Shown: positions 8,803-17,343 of the stretch, in pieces
Position numbering within the stretch: the first letter of the stretch is position 1
Layout: each line of letters opens with the position of its first letter
Assembly: GCA_937975765.1 (NCBI GenBank)
Contig: CALJUR010000048.1
Location: forward strand, 23,538 to 87,537
Direction: 5' to 3'
DNA from: an uncultured Myxococcales bacterium
GTDB taxonomy: Bacteria > Myxococcota_A > UBA9042 > DTJE01
DNA: 64,000 nt
Notes under the pieces: model-generated
What the model was told of the DNA's origin: nothing
The model's database searches: none
The model's input: only the letters and a program-made list of their open reading frames with translations
Position numbers and translations under genes: made by a program

Positions 8803-10938
8803 ATGCACGGAAACGCGCCGACGCCGACCTCGGGCCGCCTGCTGCCCGCCAACGCCTACCGGAAACTGGAACCCGGCGAGCGCTACGACCCGATCGTGCC
8901 GGCCTCGTCCCTGATGCCGGAAACCACGAAGTGGTCCATCGGCCTGGGCCTGCTGATGGTCGTCATCTTCAGCGCGGCCTGCGTCTACATCGCCCTGCGC
9001 GCCGGCAGCGGCATCGAGGCGGCCATCCCGATCGCCGTCGCCGCGATCTTCTTCGGCCGCATGCGCAAGGTCCGCAGCACGATCCTGGAAAACGTCATCG
9101 TGCAGTCGGTCGGCCAGGCCTCGGGGGTCGTCGCCGCGGGCGCCGCCTTCGTCATCCCGGCCCTGTACCTGAACCAGGTCACCCCGTCCTGGTGGCAGAT
9201 CTTCCTGGCGTGCTTCATCGGCGGCGCGCTGGGCGTCGTGCTGATCATCCCGCTGCGCAAGTACTTCGTCGCCGAACGCCACGGCGAGCTGCCCTTCCCC
9301 GAAGCCACCGCCATCAACGAGATCCTGGTCTCCGGCGAGTCCTCGGGCGGCGGCGCGGGCAAGGTCCTGCTGGCGTCGTTCGGCTTGGGCGCGGCCTACG
9401 ACTTCCTGGTCGAGGTCGTGCACGGCTGGAACCCGGCGCTGACCACCCGGACGCTGATGGGCGACGCCGGCGAGTGGCTGTACAACTTCCGCATCGAGCT
9501 GAAGATGAACGCCATCGCCGCGCTGTTCGGCCTGGGCTACATCATCGGAGTGAAGTACGCGGCCATCATCATGGCCGGGTCCGTGCTGGCCTACATGGTC
9601 ATGGTCCCGCTGGTCTTCCTGATCGGCGGCCAGGCCGGGTCCATCACGTACGCGGGCCATTCCTACGCGATCGGCACGATGTCCGCGCAGGCGATCTTCA
9701 CCGCCTTCATCAAGCCGATCGCCATCGGCGCCATCGCCACCGCGGGCGTCATCGGCCTGATCCGCATGGGCCGCATCATCGCCGGGTCCGTCGCGCTGGG
9801 ATTCAAGGGCCTGGCCCACAAGGGCGCGGACGGCGCGGAACGCACGAACCGCGACCTGCCGCCGGCCCAGGTGCTGCTGATCGAACTGGGTGCCACGCTG
9901 GCCATGGGCGCGCTGTTCTTCGCGGTCTGCATCGGCGCGGGCGGCTACGACGTCGGGTCGTCGCTGACCTACTCCATCATCGGCATGCTGATCTCCTTCC
10001 TGCTGTGCTTCCTGTTCACGCCGGTCGCCGCCGAGGCCATCGCCATCGTCGGCACCAACCCCGTGTCGGGCATGACCCTGGTCACCGTCGTGCTGGCGTC
10101 GCTGGTGATGACGGCCGTCGGCCTGTCGGGCAAGGCCGGCATCTTCGTCGCGCTGGTCATCGGCACCGCGGTCTGCACGGCGCTGTCCGTCGCGGGCGCG
10201 CTGATTTCCGACTTCAAGGTCGGGTACTGGATCGGCGCCACCCCGCGCCGCCAGCAGGCGTGGAAGTTCCTGGGCCTGGCCATCGCGGCGCTGGTCTGCG
10301 CGTTCGTCATCCCGGTCATGGACCAGGGCTACCACTTCCTGATCGAGAAGGGCGGCGTGATGGTCAGCAACGAGGACGTCCTGCCCGCCCCGCAGGCGAA
10401 CATGATCGCGGCGGTCGTCAACGGCCTGATGACCGGCGGCGAGCAGCCCTACCTGCTGTACGGCCTGGGCGCCATCATCAGCCTCCTGGTCACGATGGCC
10501 GGCATGCCCACGCTGGCCTTCGCGCTGGGCATGTACCTGCCCATCAGCATCAACGCGGCCGTGCTGGCCGGCGGATTCGTGTCGTGGCTGGTGTCGAAGT
10601 CGGGGAAGACGCCCGAAGAGCGCGAGGCCCGCAACAACCAGGGCATGCTGATCGCGTCGGGCATGATGGCCGGCGCGGCGATCATCGGCATCGTGTCGGC
10701 CGTGCTGCGACTGGACTGGACGTCGTACGCGATCCGCTTCCTGTCGATCGGCGTGGACTACGAGGTGGCGGAAGCGGCAGGCGGCGCGACGACGCTGAAG
10801 GAGACGGCCCAGGGCTGGTACGAGGGCTTCGGCGGCCAGATCCTGTCGCTGGGGATGTTCGTGGCGCTGATCGTCATCACCTTCCTGCTGGCCCGCTGGG
10901 GTGCGAAGATGCAGGAGCGCGAGGCCGGGTCGAAGTAG
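8803..10938 (+). CDS. OPT-family oligopeptide transporter
   Basis: 711 aa starting MHGNAPTPTSGRLLPANAYRKLEPGERYDP, with AAGGAGG 8 nt upstream. About 16 TM helices and the general look of bacterial OPT proteins (IALRAGSGIEAAIPIAV...). Confidence 0.8.
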   Translation: MHGNAPTPTSGRLLPANAYRKLEPGERYDPIVPASSLMPETTKWSIGLGLLMVVIFSAACVYIALRAGSGIEAAIPIAVAAIFFGRMRKVRSTILENVIVQSVGQASGVVAAGAAFVIPALYLNQVTPSWWQIFLACFIGGALGVVLIIPLRKYFVAERHGELPFPEATAINEILVSGESSGGGAGKVLLASFGLGAAYDFLVEVVHGWNPALTTRTLMGDAGEWLYNFRIELKMNAIAALFGLGYIIGVKYAAIIMAGSVLAYMVMVPLVFLIGGQAGSITYAGHSYAIGTMSAQAIFTAFIKPIAIGAIATAGVIGLIRMGRIIAGSVALGFKGLAHKGADGAERTNRDLPPAQVLLIELGATLAMGALFFAVCIGAGGYDVGSSLTYSIIGMLISFLLCFLFTPVAAEAIAIVGTNPVSGMTLVTVVLASLVMTAVGLSGKAGIFVALVIGTAVCTALSVAGALISDFKVGYWIGATPRRQQAWKFLGLAIAALVCAFVIPVMDQGYHFLIEKGGVMVSNEDVLPAPQANMIAAVVNGLMTGGEQPYLLYGLGAIISLLVTMAGMPTLAFALGMYLPISINAAVLAGGFVSWLVSKSGKTPEEREARNNQGMLIASGMMAGAAIIGIVSAVLRLDWTSYAIRFLSIGVDYEVAEAAGGATTLKETAQGWYEGFGGQILSLGMFVALIVITFLLARWGAKMQEREAGSK

Positions 10939-10982
10939 CGGCCGGTTTCGGTATCGTATCGCGCCCGGGACGGGAGGACGGA

Positions 10983-13541
10983 ATGAGGACGTTCGTTGGC
11001 GGGTCTGCAGGGACCCTCTTCGCGGCGATGGCTTCCCTGGCGCTGGCGACGGCGGTCGCCTGCGGGGGATCGAACGGCAAGGACACCGGCGCGCCGGACG
11101 CGGTCGACGTCGCGGACGTGCCGCAGGCCGACGTGCCGGACGAGCCCGCCGACGCCGAGGGGGACGCGCCCGCGGACCTGCCGGGCGACGTTCCCGCCGA
11201 CGAGGCCGCCGACGCCGCAGGGGACGCGCCCGCGGACGCCGACGACGTCCCCGACGCGGCCGACGTCCCCGCGGAAACCGGCCCGGGCCTGGACGACCCG
11301 CCCTACACGCGCTGGGTGGACCCGTTCATCGGCACCGGCGGGCAGGCGTTCAACATCGGGTCGTCGCTGCCCGGCGCCACCGCCCCCTGGGGCATGGTCA
11401 AGGCCAGCCCGGACACGCACGGGCCCTACGGCGGCCCGCCCCCCGGCTTCCAGCACTGCGCGGGTTACTGGTACGACGACACGCGGTCCTACGGGATCAC
11501 GCACACCCACATGCACGGGACCGGCGGCACCCACTACGGCAACCTGTCCGTCTTCCCGGCGACCGGCATGACCGACGCGATGATCCCGAAGGACCAGCGC
11601 CTGATGCCCTTCACGCACCTGGACGAGGTGGCGCGGCCCGGGTACTACGCGATGTCGCTGGGGCGCCCCGGCGAGTACGAAGGCACGGGCTTCGCGCGCC
11701 ACGAGGTGACGGCGACGACCCGCTGCGCGCACCACCGCATCCGGTTCACGAGCGGGGACGCGAGCGGCGCGGTCGTGCTGGACGCGGCGATGGGGCTGCT
11801 GGACGGGCGCTGCGGCGGCGGGGAGATCGTCGTGGATGCCGCGAACCGCACCTTCGAGGGGCGCAGCAACAACGCGTCGGACGGCTTCGACCTGTTCTTC
11901 ACGGGCCGGTTCGACCGCGAGATCGCGTCGTTCGGGACGTGGGTGGACGGGGCCGTGCAGGCGGGCCGCGCGCAGGTCACGGCGACGACCAACCCGTCGG
12001 AGTTCGGCGCGTGGGCGACGTTCGACACCGCCGCTGACCCGGTCGTGGAATTCCAGTTGTGCATCTCGTTCGTTTCGATCGAAAGCGCCCGCGGGAACCG
12101 GGACGCCGAGATGCCCGCCTTCGACTTCGACGGCACCGCGGCGGCGACGCTGGCGCAGTGGGAGGACGAGCTGGCGATCGTCGAGGTGCAGGGCGGAACG
12201 CAGGCGTCCAAGCGGAACTTCTACACCGCGCTGTACCACGTGATGCAGATGCCCACGATCTACAGCGACGTGGACGGGGCCTACCGGGGCTTCGACCAGC
12301 AGGTGCACCAGGCCGACGGCTGGACCTACTACTCGGACATGTCGCTGTGGGACACGTTCCGGACGCAGGTGCCGCTGATCACGCTGTTCTGGCCCGAGGT
12401 CCAGCGCGACCAGATGCGGTCGCTGGCCGCGATGACGGCGCAGGGGGGGTACGTGCCGAAGTGGCCGATGGCGACGCACGACACGGGCAGCATGCTGGGC
12501 GAGCACGCGGCGTCGGCGATGGGCGACGCGTACGTGAAGGGCATCACGGACCTGGACACGCCCGACTTCGGCCTGGATTCGTTCTACGAGGGCCTGAAGC
12601 GGACCGCGGACGGGCCGCTGCCGGGCGGGTCGTACGGCCGGCGCGACTGCATCGAGCAGTACCTGGAACTGGGGTACTGCCCGGCCGACGAGTCGGACGA
12701 GTCGGTGTCCTACACGATCGAGTACGCGTTCAACGACTTCTGCCTGGCGCGGATGGCGACCGGGATGGGGCGGGCCGACGACGCGGCGCGGTGGACGGAA
12801 CGGGCCGGCTACTGGAAGAACCTGTGGAACGGGGAGTCGAACTTCCTGATGCCGCGCAACCGGGACGGGACCTTCGTCGCCGCCGATCCGGACCTGTGGG
12901 ACCTGGACAACCGCTACTACACGGAGGGGTCGGCGAGGCAGTGGTCCTGGTTCGTGCCGCACGACGAGGACGGGTTGCGCCGGGCGTTCGACCCGGAAGA
13001 CGAGGCCGCGGCGAACGCAGCCTTCATCGCGAAACTGGACGAGTTCTTCGTCAAGGCCGACGAGAACTTCGTGTTCGACCTGCCGTCGCAGTGGTTCTAC
13101 CAGGGCAACGAGCCGGACATCCACGCGCCGCTCCTGTTCATCCGGGCGGGCCGGCCGGACCTGGCGCACCGGTGGGCGCGCTGGTCGCTGCAGATGAACT
13201 GGAAGGACACGTACGACGGCCTGTCGGGCAACGACGACGCCGGCACGATGGCGGCATGGTACGTGTTCGTGGCAATCGGGCTGTACCCTTGGCCGTGCTT
13301 CCCGGGGTACTACGTGACGGCGCCGTCGTTCGACCGGGCCGTCGTGCACCTGCCGGGCGGGAAGACGCTGACGGTCGTGTCGGACGGCGCGGGCGGGGAC
13401 GCCGGGTACGCCGGTTCGCCGACGTTCGCGGGACGGCCGGTGGATGGCTGGTGGATCCCGCACGACGACCTGGTCGAGGGCGGCACGCTGCAGATGACGA
13501 TGTCGAAGGACCCGCCGCCGGCTGCTCGCGGCGCGCGGTAG
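10983..13541 (+). CDS. GH92-family alpha-mannosidase, lipoprotein with acidic linker
   Basis: Lipobox LATAVACGG, an acidic linker, then VDPFIGTGGQAFNIGSSLPGATAPWGMVKASPDT and GITHTHMHGTGG, which are typical GH92 N-terminal signatures. Confidence 0.85.
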   Translation: MRTFVGGSAGTLFAAMASLALATAVACGGSNGKDTGAPDAVDVADVPQADVPDEPADAEGDAPADLPGDVPADEAADAAGDAPADADDVPDAADVPAETGPGLDDPPYTRWVDPFIGTGGQAFNIGSSLPGATAPWGMVKASPDTHGPYGGPPPGFQHCAGYWYDDTRSYGITHTHMHGTGGTHYGNLSVFPATGMTDAMIPKDQRLMPFTHLDEVARPGYYAMSLGRPGEYEGTGFARHEVTATTRCAHHRIRFTSGDASGAVVLDAAMGLLDGRCGGGEIVVDAANRTFEGRSNNASDGFDLFFTGRFDREIASFGTWVDGAVQAGRAQVTATTNPSEFGAWATFDTAADPVVEFQLCISFVSIESARGNRDAEMPAFDFDGTAAATLAQWEDELAIVEVQGGTQASKRNFYTALYHVMQMPTIYSDVDGAYRGFDQQVHQADGWTYYSDMSLWDTFRTQVPLITLFWPEVQRDQMRSLAAMTAQGGYVPKWPMATHDTGSMLGEHAASAMGDAYVKGITDLDTPDFGLDSFYEGLKRTADGPLPGGSYGRRDCIEQYLELGYCPADESDESVSYTIEYAFNDFCLARMATGMGRADDAARWTERAGYWKNLWNGESNFLMPRNRDGTFVAADPDLWDLDNRYYTEGSARQWSWFVPHDEDGLRRAFDPEDEAAANAAFIAKLDEFFVKADENFVFDLPSQWFYQGNEPDIHAPLLFIRAGRPDLAHRWARWSLQMNWKDTYDGLSGNDDAGTMAAWYVFVAIGLYPWPCFPGYYVTAPSFDRAVVHLPGGKTLTVVSDGAGGDAGYAGSPTFAGRPVDGWWIPHDDLVEGGTLQMTMSKDPPPAARGAR

Positions 13542-13626
13542 GCCCCCCGCCCGCGCCGGATCCCGGCCACCCCCGGATCGCCCCGCCCGTGGTACCCTCG
13601 CCGCGTCCCCTGCCGGGAGCCGGTCG

Positions 13627-15021
13627 ATGAAGACGCTCGCCTCGTTCGCACCCGTCGCTGCCGCGGTGGCGGTCCTTGCCTTCCTGCCGATCACGGCCTG
13701 CGGGGGTTCGTCGTCGAACGACGACGCCGTGACCGACACCGATGTCGCGGCGGAGGTGCCCGCGGACGCTGTCGAGGAGGCCGTGGCCGACGTGCCGGGC
13801 GACCTTCCGGGGGAACTGCCCGCCGACCTGCCGCACGAGGCCGCTTCGGACGCCGCGGATCTGCCTGCCGATTTCCCGGTCGACGTGGCGCAGGAGACCA
13901 CCGACGCGATCGACTACGACTACCGGCCGCCGCTGCTGACCCCGGCGCAGATCGGGTACCGGTCGGTGACGGGACCGTGGCTTGGTTCCGTCATCTACTT
14001 CAACACCTGGAGCATGGACGGCGTGAAGCCCGACGACATCCGGATGGTGACCCCCGACGGCGCCGCCAGGGCGATCCGGCTGCAGGCAGACCGCGTGTGG
14101 ACCTTCGGGGTCGCGCCCGACGGACGCATCGCCTTCGCGTCCGCCGACCCGCTGAAGGCGACGAACTACCCGGACCTGGAGTACCTGGGCGACGCCATCC
14201 AGTACACGTTCCTGGTACGGCCCGGCGAGGATCCGGTGCAGGTGTCCAACGGGCGCGTCAACGATGAGTGCCACGCCTTCCTGCCCGACGGCAGGACGCT
14301 GGTGATGTGCCGGCGCGGTCACCTGCGGCGCGTGGGCGACGACTACCTGAACGACCCGTACCGCGTGGTCAAGGTGGACCTGGACAGCGGGGACGAGACG
14401 TTCCTGTCGCCGCTGGTCGACCTGCAGCACGACCTGAACCCGAACTGGCGGCAGGACGGCCGGCTGGTGTTCATGCGGCAGTGGGCGGACACGCTGGACA
14501 CCGCGCTGTACACGATGGACGTGGACGGCGGGGTCCCCGCGATGCTGCTGGAGGGGGCGTTCCGGCCGTCGATCTCGGAGGACGGCAAGGTGATGTGGTT
14601 CCGGAAGAGCGGCGTCACGGGCTGGTGGAAGTCGCCGGCGGACCAGCCCGGAGCGGGCGCGGTCGTCGAATTGCTGCAGGGCAACCTGGTGGCGGGCGTC
14701 ACCCCTTCTCCCGACGGCTCGCAGGTCGTGTACGAGGTGTCCGACAACCCGAACAACTGCACCGACCTGTGGGTCGCGGACGCGGCCGACGGCTTCCAGA
14801 ACCCCCGCCAGTTGGTCGATTGCGACGCCGCGCACGACCACGTCTTCATCAGCAACGTCCGCTGGGTGAACTCGACGGTGGGCGACGTTCCGCAGCCGAC
14901 GCCCGAGGCGGTCGAGGCGGCCGACGAGCCGGTGGCGGAGGCGACCGACGAGCCGGCGGTGGAGGCCGCGGAGATCGAGGACGCCGCCGAGCCGTCGCCC
15001 GAGGTCGCGCCCGGAACCTGA
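13627..15021 (+). CDS. lipoprotein with PD40/TolB-like beta-propeller repeats
   Basis: Lipobox FLPITACGG and an acidic linker. Repeated PDG motifs (PDGRIAFAS, PDGRTLVM, PDGSQVVYE). Acidic A/E/P C-terminal tail. Confidence 0.6.
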   Translation: MKTLASFAPVAAAVAVLAFLPITACGGSSSNDDAVTDTDVAAEVPADAVEEAVADVPGDLPGELPADLPHEAASDAADLPADFPVDVAQETTDAIDYDYRPPLLTPAQIGYRSVTGPWLGSVIYFNTWSMDGVKPDDIRMVTPDGAARAIRLQADRVWTFGVAPDGRIAFASADPLKATNYPDLEYLGDAIQYTFLVRPGEDPVQVSNGRVNDECHAFLPDGRTLVMCRRGHLRRVGDDYLNDPYRVVKVDLDSGDETFLSPLVDLQHDLNPNWRQDGRLVFMRQWADTLDTALYTMDVDGGVPAMLLEGAFRPSISEDGKVMWFRKSGVTGWWKSPADQPGAGAVVELLQGNLVAGVTPSPDGSQVVYEVSDNPNNCTDLWVADAADGFQNPRQLVDCDAAHDHVFISNVRWVNSTVGDVPQPTPEAVEAADEPVAEATDEPAVEAAEIEDAAEPSPEVAPGT

Positions 15022-15078
15022 AGCACGCGCCCTGCCCTTGACGGGCCGTCCGAGGCCTGCCTGCACCGGAGGTCCTTC

Positions 15079-15450
15079 ATGCCCCGCCTGATCGAGTCCC
15101 CGGTGGTCATCCAGGCCGCCGGCAACCCGCCCAAGACCATCCGGGAGTTCGTGGGCGGGCCCAGCACGGGCACCCGCGAGGTCAGCGTTGCCCGCATGGT
15201 GTCGCCGTCCGGCTGGAGCGAGCCCGGCCAGCGCCCGGAGTTCGCCGAGGTCAGCGTCGTGCTGCGCGGCATGCTTCGGGTGGAGTTCGAGGGGGGCGCG
15301 ATGGACGTGCACGCCGGCCAGGCCGTGATGACGGCCCCCGGCGAGTGGATCCGGTACGGCACCCCCGGCCCCGAGGGCGCCGAGTACGTCGCAGTCTGCC
15401 TGCCCGCCTTCAGCCCCGAGACCGTGCACCGGGACGCGACGGCCCTCTGA
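15079..15450 (+). CDS. cupin-domain protein
   Basis: 123 aa with beta-rich cupin-like segments (EVSVVLRGMLRVEFEGGAMDVHAGQAVMTAPGEWIRY). Confidence 0.6.
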   Translation: MPRLIESPVVIQAAGNPPKTIREFVGGPSTGTREVSVARMVSPSGWSEPGQRPEFAEVSVVLRGMLRVEFEGGAMDVHAGQAVMTAPGEWIRYGTPGPEGAEYVAVCLPAFSPETVHRDATAL

Positions 15451-15489
15451 CGGGGTGCACGGGGTCCGCCGCCGGTCGTCGCGCCGGGT

Positions 15490-15843
15490 TCAGAACACCA
15501 GGACGCGGTCCGCCGCCAGCGTGGCCTCGGACAGTTCGTCCAGCGAGCTGCGCCGGCAACCTTCCTGCAGTTCGGCTTCCGTCATCCCGCGGGCGTCCAT
15601 GCAGGTCCCGCACAGCAGCACCCGGCCTTTGCGGCCCAGCAGCCCCTTCAGCATCCTTTCGAGGTTGTAGTACCCGTTCGGCGTCTTCTGGCCGGTCCTG
15701 GCTGTGGCCACGGCATCCCCCATCAGGAACACCGTCACCTCCTCTGCCGCCTGCAGTTTCAGCAGGTTCGCCGCCAGCCGGATGCCGTTGTAGGTCCGCT
15801 CGGTCCCGTAGGGCGGGTCGTTCAAGATGAACAAGGTCTTCAC
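15490..15843 (-). CDS. DsrE/DsrF-like sulfur-relay family protein
   Basis: GTG start preceded by GGGAGG. VKTLFILNDPPYGTERTYNGIRLAANL...VTVFLMGDAV...CGTCMDARG matches the DsrE/YchN-like pattern. Confidence 0.7.
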   Translation of the reverse strand: MKTLFILNDPPYGTERTYNGIRLAANLLKLQAAEEVTVFLMGDAVATARTGQKTPNGYYNLERMLKGLLGRKGRVLLCGTCMDARGMTEAELQEGCRRSSLDELSEATLAADRVLVF

Positions 15844-15976
15844 GCGGTCCTCCCTGTCAGGTCTGCGAATCGTGCCCGGCGACGCCCGCCGGTCCGTCCC
15901 TGGATCCACCTTTCACCTGTGCCTGTCAAGCGGCCGGCAGGGGGGGCGTTTCGCCGGAAGCCTCCCGGTTGCATGG

Positions 15977-16010
15977 CCTGCATGATGCCGGTACAACGTG
16001 ACCATGCAGG
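15977..16010. promoter_or_regulatory. 8-bp perfect inverted repeat in the DsrE-like / ModE-like divergent region
   Basis: CCTGCATG (15977-15984), 18 nt, CATGCAGG (16003-16010), 67 nt upstream of the ModE-like start codon. Confidence 0.3.
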
Positions 16011-16076
16011 ATGGGCGTTTGCCTTCCGGCACACGACGGGTCCCTTCGGGCACTCCTTCGACGGGGAAGGTGGGGA

Positions 16077-16457
16077 ATGGAAGCGAGGAAGGAGCGACGG
16101 GCCGCAGCGGGCATCGGGCCGCAGGTCCGCGCGAGGGCGTGGATCGAGTGGGAGGGCCAGGCGTTCATCGGACCGGGGCGCGCCGCGCTGCTGGATGGCG
16201 TGCGCCAGCATGGGTCGATCGCGAAGGCCGCACAGGACGTGGGGGTGTCGTACCGCACGGCGTGGAAGTGGATCGGCATCATGAACCGGGCGGCGCGGCA
16301 TCCCCTGGTACAGGCGGCCCCGGGCGGGCGCGGGGGAGGACACGCCAGCCTGACGCCGACGGGCGTGGCGGCGCTGGAGGCGCAACACCGGCTGGCAAGG
16401 GACCTGGACGCATTCGTGGAACGGATGAACCGGGAACTGGCGAAGCTGCAATTGTAG
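16077..16457 (+). CDS. ModE-N-terminal-like winged-helix transcriptional regulator
   Basis: GPGRAALLDGVRQHGSIAKAAQDVGVSYRTAWKWIGIMN is the ModE-type HTH. There is no Mop/molybdate-binding domain. The TAG stop lies inside a REP copy. Confidence 0.65.
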   Translation: MEARKERRAAAGIGPQVRARAWIEWEGQAFIGPGRAALLDGVRQHGSIAKAAQDVGVSYRTAWKWIGIMNRAARHPLVQAAPGGRGGGHASLTPTGVAALEAQHRLARDLDAFVERMNRELAKLQL

Positions 16458-16479
16458 GGTGGGACCCCCGTGCCCCGCC
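16453..16479 (-). repeat. REP-like copy (degenerate, reverse orientation)
   Basis: TGTAGGGTGGGACCCCCGTGCCCCGCC versus the reverse consensus TGTAGGGCGGGGGCCCCGTCCCCCGCC. It contains the TAG stop of the ModE-like gene. Confidence 0.75.
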
Positions 16480-16502
16480 ATTCTGGCGTACCGGTCGAGA
16501 AA

Positions 16503-16529
16503 GGCGGGGGACGGGGCCCCCGCCCTACA
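16503..16529 (+). repeat. REP-like copy (canonical)
   Basis: GGCGGGGGACGGGGCCCCCGCCCTACA. Its CTA (16525-16527) is the stop codon of the minus-strand TrmO-like gene. Confidence 0.9.
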
Positions 16530-17343
16530 GCCGAACGAAGCCGTCGGCGATCCAGCGGGACGGGTCGCCCGCGAAGACGGCGTCGCAGCCGTCGCGCAGG
16601 TCCAGCGCCAGGGTGCGGCCCTCGAACGAGAACAGGAACCGCGGCGCGCCCGGCGCCGTCGCGATCGCCACGCGCCCCGACGCGAACGTCCCCCCCATCA
16701 GCCCGATCACCGCGTCCAGCGAGGCGTCACAGGCGACCACGCAGGCCGACAGGCGCGGGTCACGCGCGTCCGCGTCGAACTCCCGGATCGCCGCGAAGAC
16801 CGCCGCCAGCCCGGCCATCGCCCCCGGCGGCACCGGCACCGGACCCAGGTGGTTGTCCAGGTCGCGCCGCAGGAACGACGCCAGCAGCGCGTCCGGGATC
16901 GCCGACTGCCGCACCCTCTTCACCGTCCGCGCGCCAAAGACGCCGTCCCACCCGGGGTTGTAGGTCTTCAGGTCCACCAGCGGCGTGCCGTCCACCAGGT
17001 CCAGGTGGTCCACGAACAGCCGCAACCCCTCGCGGCGCAGCAGCGGCACCACGCTGACGGACACGGGATTGGGCCGGTCCGGCGACCGCGTCGCGAACAC
17101 CCCCTGCAGCGGGGCGTCCGGGTCGATCCGCCGAGGGCGCGCCACCCGCACGGAACGGTCGGCCCGGTGCAGCCACGCCAGCACGACGATGTGCGACGAC
17201 CGCTCGATGCCGTCCAGCGCGGTCCCGCAGTCCGGGAAGACCTCCAGCACCGCCGGTCCGCCACCCAGGGGAATCGCCTCGCGGCTCGAATGGGGGCCGT
17301 GCACGATGCCGATCGGTTCCAGCACCAGGTCCGGGGCGCTCAT
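16525..17343 (-). CDS. TrmO/TsaA (YaeB)-like domain fused to an FmdE-like C-terminal domain
   Basis: GVFATRSPDRPNPVSVSVVPLL...LDLVDGTPLVDLKTYNP is the TrmO signature. The C-terminal about 120 aa (HLGPVPVPPGAMAGLAAV...) resembles FmdE-type domains (weak call). ATGA overlap with the TonB receptor gene. Confidence 0.7.
   Translation of the reverse strand: MSAPDLVLEPIGIVHGPHSSREAIPLGGGPAVLEVFPDCGTALDGIERSSHIVVLAWLHRADRSVRVARPRRIDPDAPLQGVFATRSPDRPNPVSVSVVPLLRREGLRLFVDHLDLVDGTPLVDLKTYNPGWDGVFGARTVKRVRQSAIPDALLASFLRRDLDNHLGPVPVPPGAMAGLAAVFAAIREFDADARDPRLSACVVACDASLDAVIGLMGGTFASGRVAIATAPGAPRFLFSFEGRTLALDLRDGCDAVFAGDPSRWIADGFVRL

Noticed and set aside
8568-13541. 1657-aa plus-strand ORF, the longest in the track
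   Set aside because: Only the part from ATG 10983 (GH92 lipoprotein) looks real. The upstream 800 codons are an R/G/P/A-rich out-of-frame shadow of the OPT transporter gene, which is typical for about 70% GC DNA.
10758-13901. 1047-aa minus-strand ORF. Similar long antisense ORFs occur at 13138-15429, 22791-25202, 42808-45267, 45467-47938, 49783-51942 and 61791-63920.
   Set aside because: These have Arg/Gly/Pro/Ala/His-dominated low-complexity translations without motifs. They lie antisense to genes with clear family signatures, so they are stop-codon-poor artefacts of high GC.
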